Source of the DNA: Mycobacteriales bacterium
Lineage (GTDB): Bacteria > Actinomycetota > Actinomycetes > JAFAQI01
Direction: 5' to 3'
DNA length: 64,000 nucleotides
Assembly (NCBI GenBank): GCA_035550655.1
Contig: DASZOU010000037.1
Span: forward strand, 19,159-83,158
Of this stretch, positions 40,394 through 50,789 are shown piece after piece (the first letter of the stretch is position 1; every line of letters begins with the position of its first letter). A program made the translations under genes and the position numbers. The notes below the pieces were generated by a model. It was not told the DNA's origin. It made no database searches and saw only the letters and a list, made by a program, of their open reading frames with translations.

Positions 40394-41917
40394 CTAGGCC
40401 GGCACGTAGACCGTAGTCGCCTCAGCGCGTCCCCGCAGCGTCACTTCGTCGGCAGATCTCCACCCGTCTGGTCCGGCCGCCGCCACGAGCGATGCGGAGG
40501 CGGCCACGCGCCCGGGCAGCGACTTGGCGAGCTCACCCAGCCGGGCGGCCTCGTTCACCGGGTTGCCGATGACCGTGTACTCGTAGCGGCTCGTCCCGCC
40601 CACATTCCCTGCGACTGCCTCACCCGCCGCGACTCCAACACCGAAGTCGATCTCCGGGATCTCGGCAGTGACCCGCTCCGCGAGGGTCCGGGCCGCGGCG
40701 AGCGCACGAGCTTCCCGATCCGGCAGCGGCGCAGGGGCGCCGAAGATGGCGAGCGCCGCGTCTCCGGCGAACTTGTTGATGGAGCCGCCCTCGGCTTCGA
40801 CAACCTCGATCACCACGCCGAAGAACCGGTTGAGCAGATCGACGACGGCGTGGGCCGGCATCTCGGCCGCGATCCGGGTCGACCCGACGATGTCGATGTA
40901 GACCACGGCCACGTCGCGAAGCTCGCCGCCGAGCTGGATGCCGTGCTCGAGCGCGCGGCGGGCGACGTCGGCACCGACATGGCGGCCGAACAGGTCCCGC
41001 AGCTGTTCCCGCTCCCGCAGGCCCGCCGCCATCCGGTTGAACCCAGCCTGCAGCAAGCCGATGTCCGTTCCGTCGTACACCGGCACCGACACGTCGAGCT
41101 CTCCCCGCTCGATCCGCGCGAGCGCGCGGCGCACGGAGATGATCGGGTCCGCCGTCGCGCGCGTGACGAACACCGTGGTGATGAAGCCGGCGAACAGGCA
41201 GTTCGCCCCGAGTACGGCGGTTGCGAGCGCGAGGTCGTGCCGGCTGCCGACGCGATCGACCAGGCTGGCGACCCCCAGCAGAACGACACCCAACACCGGG
41301 GCCCCGGTGCCCGCCACCCAGGTCATGATCGAACGGACGGCCACAGACTGCGCGATCTTCTGCGGATGCTCCGAGGCGGACAGCGCCCGGCCGGCAGCCT
41401 CACGCAGCAGCAGCTCGGCGAAGCGGAACGCGACGGCGCTCGTGATGACACCCGACAGCCCGACGATTGCCGTGATCCGCAGCCCGGCATCGGTGGAGCG
41501 GGTGAAGGTCAGCGCCCCGAACAACACCGTGCCGCCCAGCCACAGCACGCCCACGCCCCGGGCGAGGGTCCGCGGGCCGCGCAGCACGGTGAGCTGCTCG
41601 TCGGCGGTGGGCGGCCGTTCGGACGGCAACCAGTCGCCGAGGCTGGACAGCTTGCGAACCCCCATGACGACGCCGACCGCGATGGCAACCACGAGATACG
41701 CCGAGGCCGCGATGATGTCGGTACCGAGCTGGCTGGCATCGGCCAGCGCCTTCGGCTCAGGGACGACGTACACCGCGACGAGGAACGTCGCGACCGCGCC
41801 GATGATGTTCGTGAGGACGAGCACCGTCACCAGGCCGACCAGCGCGCGCAGCAGCACCGCCGCACCGGATCCCCACCATCGGCGCCGGACCGCGATCCGC
41901 TCGGTGTGCCCCCTCAT
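40394..41917 (-). CDS. membrane-anchored class III adenylate/guanylate cyclase with HAMP linker
   Basis: 507-aa ORF with an N-terminal 6-TM domain, a HAMP-like segment and a CHD domain (VVYIDIVGST...KFAGDAALAIFGAP...GEAVAGNVG). Confidence 0.8.
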   Translation of the reverse strand: MRGHTERIAVRRRWWGSGAAVLLRALVGLVTVLVLTNIIGAVATFLVAVYVVPEPKALADASQLGTDIIAASAYLVVAIAVGVVMGVRKLSSLGDWLPSERPPTADEQLTVLRGPRTLARGVGVLWLGGTVLFGALTFTRSTDAGLRITAIVGLSGVITSAVAFRFAELLLREAAGRALSASEHPQKIAQSVAVRSIMTWVAGTGAPVLGVVLLGVASLVDRVGSRHDLALATAVLGANCLFAGFITTVFVTRATADPIISVRRALARIERGELDVSVPVYDGTDIGLLQAGFNRMAAGLREREQLRDLFGRHVGADVARRALEHGIQLGGELRDVAVVYIDIVGSTRIAAEMPAHAVVDLLNRFFGVVIEVVEAEGGSINKFAGDAALAIFGAPAPLPDREARALAAARTLAERVTAEIPEIDFGVGVAAGEAVAGNVGGTSRYEYTVIGNPVNEAARLGELAKSLPGRVAASASLVAAAGPDGWRSADEVTLRGRAEATTVYVPA

Positions 41918-41921
41918 AACG

Positions 41922-41994
41922 CGCGCCCGGCAGGGATCGAACCTGCGACCAACTGCTTAGAAGGCAGTCGCTCTATCCGCTGAGCTACGGGCGC
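41922..41994 (-). tRNA. tRNA-Arg (anticodon TCT)
   Basis: The reverse complement folds as a cloverleaf: acceptor GCGCCCG/CGGGCGC, D arm GCTC...GAGC, anticodon stem ACTGC/GCAGT with loop CTTCTAA, T arm GCAGG-TTCGATC-CCTGC, discriminator G. No CCA is encoded. Confidence 0.85.
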
Positions 41995-42034
41995 CCTGGT
42001 AGGAAAAAGCGTAGGGGGTGAGAACCTTGTCGGC

Positions 42035-42691
42035 ATGACGACTGGCTCGCGAGCAGGCGACGCGCTGGTCTGGATCGACTGCGAGATGACCGGACTCGAT
42101 CCCACGACCCACGTGCTCGTGGAGATTGCCGTCGTCATCACCGACGCCGAGCTCAACGTGCTCGACGACGGCATCGACATCGTGATCGGGGCGCGACCCG
42201 AGCAGCTCGTGGCGATGGATCCGATCGTTCACGAGATGCACGCCGCGTCCGGCCTGCTCGACGAGATCCGCCATTCGGTCATGACCGTCGAACACGCCGA
42301 GGAGCAGGTCCTCGAGTACGTGAGGCGCTTCGTGCCGGAACGCCGCAAGGCACCGCTGTGTGGCAACACGATCGCCACCGACCGCAGCTTCATCGCCCGC
42401 TACATGCCGGATCTCGACGACCACCTCCACTACCGGATGATCGACGTGTCGTCGATCAAGGAGCTGGCGCGCCGCTGGTATCCGCGGGCCTACTACAACG
42501 CTCCGGAGAAGAACGGCGGCCACCGCGCGCTTGCGGACATCCGAGAAAGCATCAATGAGCTCCGCTACTACCGGGCGACGGTGATGGTTCCGGCACCGGG
42601 TCCCGACACCGAGCAGGCACGAGCCGCGGTCAAGGCGCTCGGCCTCGAGGTCCCCTCCGCCGCCGGCGAGGCGGCCGCCAGCTCCGACTAG
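42035..42691 (+). CDS. orn: oligoribonuclease
   Basis: LVWIDCEMTGLDPTTHVLVEIAVVITD is the DEDDh exonuclease motif I, and the remaining Exo motifs are present. It is followed by tRNA-His, as in many actinobacteria. Confidence 0.9.
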   Translation: MTTGSRAGDALVWIDCEMTGLDPTTHVLVEIAVVITDAELNVLDDGIDIVIGARPEQLVAMDPIVHEMHAASGLLDEIRHSVMTVEHAEEQVLEYVRRFVPERRKAPLCGNTIATDRSFIARYMPDLDDHLHYRMIDVSSIKELARRWYPRAYYNAPEKNGGHRALADIRESINELRYYRATVMVPAPGPDTEQARAAVKALGLEVPSAAGEAAASSD

Positions 42692-42708
42692 ACTGCTTCG
42701 CGCACCAT

Positions 42709-42785
42709 GGTGGGTGTAGCTCAGCTGGTAGAGCACCGGGTTGTGGTCCCGGGTGTCGCGGGTTCAAGTCCCGTCACTCACCCCA
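42709..42785 (+). tRNA. tRNA-His (anticodon GTG) with encoded G-1 and 3' CCA
   Basis: G-1 pairs with C73. Acceptor GTGGGTG/CACTCAC, anticodon stem CCGGG/CCCGG with loop TTGTGGT, T arm GCGGG-TTCAAGT-CCCGT. CCA is encoded. Confidence 0.9.
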
Positions 42786-42811
42786 TAGATGTCCCCTTTC
42801 GCGAACGGGGG

Positions 42812-43756
42812 CTAGGAGCCGCTGGAGTTGGCCCCGTTGCCGTCGATCGCGACAAGGGTTTCGGGATCGATCGGGGCGCGTCGCAACAGCTCGCGCCAGC
42901 GGGTGGCGTCGTACGTCGCCGCCGGCGTCTCGGCCAGGAAGTGCTTCACCACCGAGACGAACCGATCCGGTTCGTCGTGATGCGGGAAGTGCCCAGAGCG
43001 CGCAAACACCTCCAGCCGGCTGCCGGGCAAGGCGCGATGCGCGGTGCGCGCGTGCTCGACCGGGATGATCCGGTCGCGCTCGCCCCACACAATCAGCGTC
43101 GGCAAACCGGCCGCGAGGTAGCAGCGATCCAGCATCGTCACCACCTGCCCCCGCGCATCCACGCCGGCACGCAGCGTCCGAAGAAACGCGCTACGCGACC
43201 GCGCTGAGGACAAGCCGTCGAAGCGTTGCACCACATAGTCGGTGTCCGGCCCGAGTCCGACGAACGGCATGTGCCGGACGAACGGCGTGGCCCGGCGGAT
43301 CAGGCGGCGCATCGGCGCTGACGTCACCAGTGGCATCACGATCTCGGCGCCCGGCGCGGCGGCCGCTCGCAGCAGCGGATGCACCGCCCGTCCCACCCCG
43401 CCGCTGCCGACGAGTACCAGCCGGTCACAGCGTTCCGGGAACTGGTAGGCGAACTGCATCGCGATCCCGCCACCGAGCGAGTGCCCGAGGACGGTGACCC
43501 GCTCGACTCCCAGCACCGACAGCAGATCGCGCATCCCGCAGGCGTACGCGCTGATCGCGTAGTCCGCCCGCGGCCGGTCCGACTCGCCGTGTCCGAGCAG
43601 ATCCGGTGCGATGACCGTGTACCGGCGGGCGAGCGGCTCGATGACGTCAGCCCAGGTCTCCGAGCTGTCACCGATGCCGTGAAGCAGGAGCAGTGGCGGA
43701 CCGGAGCCACCCATACGGAACGCGCGTCGATGACCGTGGATCACCCGATGCTGCAT
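42812..43756 (-). CDS. alpha/beta-fold hydrolase
   Basis: Start trimmed to MQHRVIHGHRRAFRMGGSGPPLLLLHGIG (HG oxyanion motif). The nucleophile elbow GHSLGG is present. Confidence 0.7.
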   Translation of the reverse strand: MQHRVIHGHRRAFRMGGSGPPLLLLHGIGDSSETWADVIEPLARRYTVIAPDLLGHGESDRPRADYAISAYACGMRDLLSVLGVERVTVLGHSLGGGIAMQFAYQFPERCDRLVLVGSGGVGRAVHPLLRAAAAPGAEIVMPLVTSAPMRRLIRRATPFVRHMPFVGLGPDTDYVVQRFDGLSSARSRSAFLRTLRAGVDARGQVVTMLDRCYLAAGLPTLIVWGERDRIIPVEHARTAHRALPGSRLEVFARSGHFPHHDEPDRFVSVVKHFLAETPAATYDATRWRELLRRAPIDPETLVAIDGNGANSSGS

Positions 43757-43861
43757 CTGCACCCGGTCGACTGCTGCGAGCACTCGGCACACCTCTCCCG
43801 CCCCACCTGGCATCAAACCCGGCGTACGACGAGCGCACCCTCTCGCTGTCTCGGCCGTGAG

Positions 43862-44758
43862 TCATCGGTGTGACGACGGTGTATCGGACGGCATTGACCA
43901 GTTCGCTGTCGACGGCGGGCTCGTCTCGAAGCTTTCGATCGCGCCGTAGCGTCCTCGCCGCCCCGCGGCCGGTAGGAGCTCCGCCACTCGCTGCACGCCG
44001 ACAGCGACGAAGTACGCCGGAACTAGCAGGGCAACGGCGACGATGCCGTCGAGCCAGTAATGGTTGCCCGTCACGACGACGACGAAGGACGTCACCACGG
44101 CGTGGAGAACGGCCAGCCACCGCCATCGGCTCGGGCTGCACTTGACGACCGCGATCGAGATCAGGACCGCCCAGCCGACATGGATCGATGGCATCGCGGC
44201 GTACTGGTCGGCGATGTGGGCGGCGAATCCGTTGTAGGGCGTCGGGCCTACGGCCTGGCCGGTATCCACCAAGCCAGGCACGCCGATGAGGCGAGGTGGC
44301 GCGACCTGCACCATCTGGATGAGCAGCGACATCGCCGTGAAGGCAACGATCGTGTTGCGCACGATCGGATACCGGTCGCGATGTCGTAGCCACAGCCACA
44401 GGAGGAAGACGACCATCGTGGTGAAGTGAGCCGACTCGTAGAAGTAGTTGGCCCACCTCACGAGCTCACGATGGTGAAGGATCAGTCGCTGGACGCTCAC
44501 CTCGCTTGGAAGGTGCAGCCAGCGCTCGGCGTTCCACAGATCGCGGCCGCGGGCCAGACCACCGGAGGTGTGTCCTCGCGCCAAGCCGTTTGCCACCTGC
44601 CAGAGCGCGTAGAGACCACAGATGATTGCGATCTCCAGCGCCGCAGCCGCGACGAACCGTGCCCACCTGCCGGAGAACCGGCTCGCCGCGACGGCGACGG
44701 GGAGCATCGCCCCAGCGAGAACCGTCGCACTGTGGACGTTGAGGATCAGCCACGACAC
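43862..44758 (-). CDS. PAP2-superfamily membrane protein (AUR1/IPC-synthase-like)
   Basis: Six TM helices. PSIHVGWAV and the C-terminal HYWLDGI resemble the PAP2 C2/C3 phosphatase motifs. Confidence 0.5.
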   Translation of the reverse strand: MSWLILNVHSATVLAGAMLPVAVAASRFSGRWARFVAAAALEIAIICGLYALWQVANGLARGHTSGGLARGRDLWNAERWLHLPSEVSVQRLILHHRELVRWANYFYESAHFTTMVVFLLWLWLRHRDRYPIVRNTIVAFTAMSLLIQMVQVAPPRLIGVPGLVDTGQAVGPTPYNGFAAHIADQYAAMPSIHVGWAVLISIAVVKCSPSRWRWLAVLHAVVTSFVVVVTGNHYWLDGIVAVALLVPAYFVAVGVQRVAELLPAAGRRGRYGAIESFETSPPSTANWSMPSDTPSSHR

Positions 44759-44767
44759 TTTCGAAAC

Positions 44768-47341
44768 CTACGAATCGCCCCTGAACCACGCCCGCACGTG
44801 TTCGGCGAGCTCCGCCCTCACCGGCGCCCCGGACAGCACGACATCCACCATCGTCGTCGAGGTGTGCGTGTGACCCCTCGCAACGACGTGCCTGACCGCG
44901 ACGCCCGCCGCTTCCAGGGCCTGGGCGTACGCGATCCCCTCATCACGCAGCGGGTCGAAGTCGGCCGTCACGATGACCGCCGGCGGCAGCCCCCGAAGGT
45001 CGCCGCGCAACGGGGCGGCTACCGCCCACGTCCGGTCAGCCGGGTCGGCGTACTGATCCCAGAACCAGCCCATGACCGCAGTAGTGAGGAGGTCGACCGC
45101 GGCGTTCTCGACGTACGACGAGCGGGTCAGGTCGCTGTCGGTCACGGGACTGATCAGCACTTGGCCGATCAGCGCCGGTCCGCCCGCGTCGCGCGCCTTC
45201 TGACACGCGACGGCGGCGATGTTGCCGCCGGCACTCCATCCCGCGACAAGCACCTGGCCGGGGATCCCGCCGAGATCGCTCGCGTGCGCAGCCACCCACT
45301 CGACGGCCGCGAACGCATCATCGGCCGCTGCCGGGAAGCGGTCCTCCGGCGCGTGCCGATAGTTCACCGACACGACAACCGCCCCGGTCCGATCACAGAG
45401 GTCACGGCAGAGCGGGTCGTCGGAGTCGAGATCGCCCAACACCCAGCCGCCGCCGTGGAAGTACACGAGGACGGGATGCGGGCCCGGTAGACCTGGTCGG
45501 TAGAGCCGATAAGGCAGCGGACCCGTGGCCCCGCGCAGGGTGCCGTCGACGACCTCACCGACCTCCGGTCCGGGCAGCCGCGTGGCCTGGAGCACGGTCA
45601 TCAACCCGCGGGCATCTGCGGCGGACAGCGTCTCGAGGCCCGGCAGGCCGGAGGCCTCAAGGATGTTCAGCACGATCGCAACGTCGGGCTGGACCCGTCG
45701 GACCACGCCTTCGTTGCACTCCGTGCCTCGCGGTCCGCTCAGCTTGAACCCGAGGTACCGGCGGGCGGTGACCTCGTCACAGGCCGCGCGGTATGCCTCG
45801 ACACCGCCGACATACGGATACAGCAGTCTCGGCTTGCCGGGGACGTTCGCGCCGACGTACCAGGAGTTCGCGAGATCGGTGAGGGTCAACGCGGCGCAGT
45901 CCGCGACGTGCTGGTTCCAACCCGCCTCCGCGGGCGCCGTCGCCTCGATGGTCTCGTAGCCCTCCTCACGGAGCCAGGCGAGACAGTCCGCCACCCATTC
46001 GACGTGCTGCTCGATCGACACCGCCATGTTCGAGAGCACGGATGGGCTGCCAGGACCCGTGATGGTGAAGAAGTTGGGGAAGCCGCTCGTCGTCAGGCCG
46101 AGGTAGGTCGAGGGACCATCGGCCCACTTCTGCCGCAACGTGACGCCGTCGCGCCCGGTGATGTCGACGCTGACGAGCGGTCCGGTCATGGCGTCGAACC
46201 CCGTCGCATAGACGATCGCGTCGAACTCGAGCGACTCCGCCGAGGTGTCGATCCCGGTCTCGGTAACCGACACGATCGGCGTATCACGGACGTCGATCAG
46301 GCGCACATGAGGCAGGTTGAAGGTCTCGTAGTAGCCGGTGTCGAGGCATGGTCGCTTGGTGCCGAACGGGTAGTCCTTCGGGCATAGCGCCGCCGCGACT
46401 GCGGGATCCGTCACCCGCTCGCGGATCTTCTCCCGGAGCAGCTCGGAGACGACGTTGTTGGCAGCCAGCCGCGCACCCTGGTCGTTGAAGACGCCGAGGA
46501 TTGCGAACAGCTCGCCCTCGGCGTACCGCTGCTCGAACCGCTCCCGCTGCTGTTGCGGCGTCATGAGCGACGCGTAGTGCTCCTCGTACTCGCCTGGGAT
46601 GCCGCCCGGAGACCATCTCGCGGCATCGCGGTACGCCGCCCGATCCTTCTCGAGCTGCGCCAGCCGCTCCGCCGAGGCTGGACCGTTGCGAGCAGGTATG
46701 GAGTACGCCGCGGTCCGCTGGAAGACGGTGAGCGACTCGGCGTGCTCGGCGATCAGCGGGATCGCCTGGACCGCGGATGAGCCGGTGCCGATCACCGCCA
46801 CCCGCTTGCCCGTGAAGTCAACCGGCTCGTGGGGCCACTTGCCGGTGAAGTAGACCTCGCGGGTGAAACGGTCGACGCCCTCGATGTCCGGGGTCTTCGG
46901 CAGCGAGAGGCAGCCACTGGCCATCACGTAGAACCGGCACGCCACGTCGTGGCCCGCGCTCGTCCGCAGCCGCCACAGCTTCGCCGCGCCGTCCCAAGCC
47001 GCGCTGTCAACCCGCGTGCCGAACTCGATGCTGCGGCGCAGGTCGTACCGATCCGCGACGAATCCCAGGTAGTCGAGGATCTCGGGCTGCGTGGCGTACT
47101 TCTCCGACCAGGACCATGCCTGCTCGAGCTCCTCGTCGAAGCTGTAGGTGTAGTCCGTGGTCGGGATGTCGCACCGTGCCCCCGGATAGCGGTTCCAGTA
47201 CCAGGTCCCGCCGACGTCGTCGGCCTGGTCGTAACACCTGACGTCGAAGCCGAGGCCGCGCAGCTTGTGGATCAGGTAGAGGCCGGCGAACCCCGCACCC
47301 ACGACAACGACATCGCGCTCGGCGGAGCGACTTTTCGTCAC
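44768..47341 (-). CDS. fusion protein: type I Baeyer-Villiger (flavin) monooxygenase with C-terminal alpha/beta-hydrolase (HSL-family esterase) domain
   Basis: Start trimmed to GTG after a GAGAGGGTGG RBS ([21 protein letters not shown]). The BVMO part has the FAD Rossmann fold, the [17 protein letters not shown] fingerprint and a second Rossmann fold ([10 protein letters not shown]). The C-terminal 300 aa have [13 protein letters not shown] (HGGG oxyanion motif) and GWSAGGN (GxSxG nucleophile) of hormone-sensitive-lipase-type esterases. Confidence 0.75.
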   Translation of the reverse strand: MTKSRSAERDVVVVGAGFAGLYLIHKLRGLGFDVRCYDQADDVGGTWYWNRYPGARCDIPTTDYTYSFDEELEQAWSWSEKYATQPEILDYLGFVADRYDLRRSIEFGTRVDSAAWDGAAKLWRLRTSAGHDVACRFYVMASGCLSLPKTPDIEGVDRFTREVYFTGKWPHEPVDFTGKRVAVIGTGSSAVQAIPLIAEHAESLTVFQRTAAYSIPARNGPASAERLAQLEKDRAAYRDAARWSPGGIPGEYEEHYASLMTPQQQRERFEQRYAEGELFAILGVFNDQGARLAANNVVSELLREKIRERVTDPAVAAALCPKDYPFGTKRPCLDTGYYETFNLPHVRLIDVRDTPIVSVTETGIDTSAESLEFDAIVYATGFDAMTGPLVSVDITGRDGVTLRQKWADGPSTYLGLTTSGFPNFFTITGPGSPSVLSNMAVSIEQHVEWVADCLAWLREEGYETIEATAPAEAGWNQHVADCAALTLTDLANSWYVGANVPGKPRLLYPYVGGVEAYRAACDEVTARRYLGFKLSGPRGTECNEGVVRRVQPDVAIVLNILEASGLPGLETLSAADARGLMTVLQATRLPGPEVGEVVDGTLRGATGPLPYRLYRPGLPGPHPVLVYFHGGGWVLGDLDSDDPLCRDLCDRTGAVVVSVNYRHAPEDRFPAAADDAFAAVEWVAAHASDLGGIPGQVLVAGWSAGGNIAAVACQKARDAGGPALIGQVLISPVTDSDLTRSSYVENAAVDLLTTAVMGWFWDQYADPADRTWAVAAPLRGDLRGLPPAVIVTADFDPLRDEGIAYAQALEAAGVAVRHVVARGHTHTSTTMVDVVLSGAPVRAELAEHVRAWFRGDS

Positions 47342-47396
47342 GAGGGCCACCCTCTCACCGAAACCGGCACCCTGGGCAGGAGCCGATCGGGCCAGC

Positions 47397-49736
47397 GTGG
47401 AAGATCTCTCGGTGAAGAAAATCGCCGCCATCGCCCTGCTTCTCACGGGTCTTGCCACACCACTGCAGATCGCCAGCGCCAGTCCCCACGCGCAGGCGAG
47501 GCCAAGCGCGCACGGCGGCGCCCGCCAGGCCTACGCGACCGGCCTCCGGCCGGGAGCGGCGACGGCACTCGTGAACGCCGCCGGTCACACGGTGGCGACC
47601 CAGCCCGCCGACTCGCTCGGCGGCGTCGTCTTCCGTGACGTCAAGCCCGGCAGCGGCTACCTGGTCAAGGAACAGAGCGGGCCGGCGTCCCGCCCCGTGA
47701 CCGTGCACACGGCGGCAGCCAAGCCGTGGGACCCGAAGGTCTACGACCAGACGATCCCCGACCACGGCTACGGCTACCTCACGACCCGTGACGGCACCAA
47801 GCTCGCCTATTACGTCCACCCGCCCACGAGCCCAGCCGGGCTCGGCCTGCCGGACGTCACGCTGCCGCCGGGGGTCCCTGACTACGCCCCGCCGTACCCG
47901 ACGCTGATCGAGTACGCCGGCTACGGCTACGCCAACCCGGCCGGCCCGGAGAGTGGCATCGCGATTCTCGCCAACGCCATGGGCTTCGCCGTGGTGGACG
48001 TGAACATGCGCGGCACCGGGTGCTCGGGCGGCTCGTTCAACTTCTTCGAGCGGATGCAGTCCCTCGACGGCTACGACGTCATCGAGACGGTCGCCCGCCA
48101 GCCCTGGGTGAAGGGCCACAAGGTCGGGATGGAGGGCATCTCCTACGGCGGCATCAGCCAGCTGTTCACGGCGCAGACCGATCCCCCGCACCTGGCCGCG
48201 ATCGCGCCGCTGTCCGTGATCGACGCCACCGCCACCACGCTCGAGCCCGGCGGCATCCTCAACGACGGCTTCGCGGTCGCGTGGGCCAACGAGCGCCAGC
48301 ACGATGCGCTGCCGGCCAGCCCGAAGGGTGGGCAGCCCTGGGCCTACAAGCGGATCCAGCAGGGCGACAAGACCTGCAAGGCCGACCAGGTCCTGCACGG
48401 CGAGGCGCAGAACCTGCCCGCGACCATCGCCGCGAACACGCACTACCACCCGGCGTACGCCGACACCCTCGACCCGATCACGTTCGTTCACAAGATCCAC
48501 GTGCCGGTCTTCATGGCCTGCCAGTTCGAGGACGAGCAGACCGGTGGGCACTGCATGGACCTCGCCCAGCACTTCACCGGCACGAAGCAGAAGTGGTTCA
48601 CCTTCACCAACGGCGTGCACGTCGACTCGCTCGACCCGTACACCTTCAACCGCTGGTACGACTTCCTCGAGCTGTACGTCGCCAAGCAGGCGCCGCTGAT
48701 CAACTCTGCGGTCATCAAGGCTGTCTCGCCGGTCGTCTACCAGGAGGCTGCGGGAGTGCCGACGACGGATCTGATCACGCTTCCGGTCGATCCGATCCAG
48801 CTCGACCCGACGTACGACGCCGCGCTGGCCGACTTCAAGCAGATCCCGTCGATCCGAGTGCTGTTCGACAACGGCGCCGGCACCGACCCGGCCGGCCAGT
48901 ACGTCCCCGGCAACCCCTACCCGGGGTTCGAGAAGTCGTTCTCGCGCTATCCGATCCCGGGGACGGTCGCGCAGCGGTGGTTCCTCGGACCCAAGGGCAC
49001 GCTGTCAGCCCACCGGACCGGCCGCGGTACCGACAGGTACACCGCGAACCCGCATGCCTTGCCGATGAACGACTTCATCGGCAGCACGGGTGGCGGCGGC
49101 CTGTGGGGCAACGCCTCGCAGTGGCACTGGAACTGGAAGCAGAACCCGGCCGGCACTGCCGTGTCCTACGTGACGCCGCCCCTCAAGTCCGACGCCACAG
49201 TCATCGGCGCCGGCGCGATCCACCTGTGGGTGAAGTCGTCCACGCCGGACGTGGACCTGCAGGCGACGGTCAGCGAGATCACACCTGACGGCAACGAGGT
49301 CTTCGTCCAGAACGGCTGGATGCGGGCCAGCGAGCGCAAGCTCGAGACCCGCAAGCACACGATCTTCGCTCAGCCGAGCACCTTGCTCGCCCCGGTGCCG
49401 AGCTTCCGCCCGCAGGACTCGCGCCCGATGCCCAAGGGCAAGTTCGTCAAGGTCGTGATCCCGCTGTACTACGAGGGCCACGTCTACCGCGCGGGCAGCC
49501 GGATCCGGATCACCATTGCCGGGCCGAACGGCACGCAGCCGATCTGGTCCTTCCAGCACCCGCGGCCGCAACACGGCACCAGCAAGGTGTCGGTCGCCTT
49601 CTCCAAGGCGCGGCCGTCGGCGCTCTACCTGCCCGTCATCCCGGGAGTGTCGGTCCCGACGGGGGTGCCGGCCTGCGGCAGCCTGCGGAACGAGCCGTGC
49701 CGGCCCTACGCGAAGACGGCGAACCAGAAGGGCTGA
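47397..49736 (+). CDS. CocE/NonD family hydrolase (S15 X-Pro dipeptidyl-peptidase/acyl-esterase fold), secreted
   Basis: 779-aa ORF with a signal peptide. [19 protein letters not shown]...GCSGGSF...GISYGG (nucleophile GxSYG) and a C-terminal beta-sandwich. It is a paralogue of 1509..3554. The start could be the second GTG at 47412. Confidence 0.8.
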   Translation: MEDLSVKKIAAIALLLTGLATPLQIASASPHAQARPSAHGGARQAYATGLRPGAATALVNAAGHTVATQPADSLGGVVFRDVKPGSGYLVKEQSGPASRPVTVHTAAAKPWDPKVYDQTIPDHGYGYLTTRDGTKLAYYVHPPTSPAGLGLPDVTLPPGVPDYAPPYPTLIEYAGYGYANPAGPESGIAILANAMGFAVVDVNMRGTGCSGGSFNFFERMQSLDGYDVIETVARQPWVKGHKVGMEGISYGGISQLFTAQTDPPHLAAIAPLSVIDATATTLEPGGILNDGFAVAWANERQHDALPASPKGGQPWAYKRIQQGDKTCKADQVLHGEAQNLPATIAANTHYHPAYADTLDPITFVHKIHVPVFMACQFEDEQTGGHCMDLAQHFTGTKQKWFTFTNGVHVDSLDPYTFNRWYDFLELYVAKQAPLINSAVIKAVSPVVYQEAAGVPTTDLITLPVDPIQLDPTYDAALADFKQIPSIRVLFDNGAGTDPAGQYVPGNPYPGFEKSFSRYPIPGTVAQRWFLGPKGTLSAHRTGRGTDRYTANPHALPMNDFIGSTGGGGLWGNASQWHWNWKQNPAGTAVSYVTPPLKSDATVIGAGAIHLWVKSSTPDVDLQATVSEITPDGNEVFVQNGWMRASERKLETRKHTIFAQPSTLLAPVPSFRPQDSRPMPKGKFVKVVIPLYYEGHVYRAGSRIRITIAGPNGTQPIWSFQHPRPQHGTSKVSVAFSKARPSALYLPVIPGVSVPTGVPACGSLRNEPCRPYAKTANQKG

Positions 49737-49742
49737 CGGGGG

Positions 49743-50789
49743 TCACACCAGCCGGCGGCGCACCCAGTAGACAGCGAGGCCGAGCAGGGCGACCGCGAGC
49801 CCGACGAAGATCGCCGACTCGAGCCATTGGAACGCCCAGAACCGTGACGCCGGCTGGTACGACACCACCTCGTGGTAGCTCAGCCCGACGTTGTGCACGC
49901 AGCTGCGAACCGCCGCAAGCACCTGCGGCGGAGGGGGTCCGCTCTTTCGGATTCCGCTTGCGGGCGGCTTGATCGACATGATCGCTGAGCACGCCTGCCT
50001 GATGAAGGCAGACGTCGGCGGATGACCCGATGAATCCGCGAGCGTCGTTCCCAGCGTCCATGCGTGGCCGATGTCAGGGCTGTGTGGCACCAGCTTCTGC
50101 ACCCCATTGGATGTCCGCATCAGGTCCACCGGTGTGCGCGGCGTGAGGGCCACCGCCTTCGTAAGTGGCGTCAACAGGTGTTGGCGCACCACGAGCTGCA
50201 TGACCATCCTCACCGCGACGAATCCGCCTAGCGTCACGGCCATCGCCGCGAGCGTCCGGCGCAGCACTGCGCCCGCCGCCACACCCAGGGCATACGCGAA
50301 CAATGCGTAGGCGACCGGGACGATGCCGCGTTGGCTGAAGATCGCCGGATCGATGCGACTCGTGTCCGTGTGATCCAGCGGAATGGACCACCAGGTGAAA
50401 GCGAAGGTCAGCAGTCCCGCCGCGAGGGCGACAACGAGCGCGCCAACCCCGATGCGAGTGACAAGCCAGCGAGTGCGGCTGACACTCTGCGTCCAGGCCA
50501 GCCGGTAGGTGCCGCTCTCCAGCTCGCGACTGACCAGCGGTGCCCCGAGGAATACGCCGAGCACCAGCGGGACCGCGACCAACGCGGGCCCGATCAGCCG
50601 CACGTGGAGGTCGGCGCGGCTCAGCTCGGAGGAGTCGGCGCCACAGGACAAGCCGCTGCAGGACCGCAAGGCCGCATACAGATGGCTGAGGTGAGGACCC
50701 GTGACGCCGAGCAGCAATCCGGCGGCCAGCACCAACGCCGCCGATACTGCCGTCGACATCCGTATCTGCCGGAATGCCACCCAGGTCAT
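49743..50789 (-). CDS. ABC-2 type transporter permease
   Basis: 348-aa ORF with six TM helices. Its start is translationally coupled to the upstream ATPase (4-nt overlap). Confidence 0.65.
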   Translation of the reverse strand: MTWVAFRQIRMSTAVSAALVLAAGLLLGVTGPHLSHLYAALRSCSGLSCGADSSELSRADLHVRLIGPALVAVPLVLGVFLGAPLVSRELESGTYRLAWTQSVSRTRWLVTRIGVGALVVALAAGLLTFAFTWWSIPLDHTDTSRIDPAIFSQRGIVPVAYALFAYALGVAAGAVLRRTLAAMAVTLGGFVAVRMVMQLVVRQHLLTPLTKAVALTPRTPVDLMRTSNGVQKLVPHSPDIGHAWTLGTTLADSSGHPPTSAFIRQACSAIMSIKPPASGIRKSGPPPPQVLAAVRSCVHNVGLSYHEVVSYQPASRFWAFQWLESAIFVGLAVALLGLAVYWVRRRLV

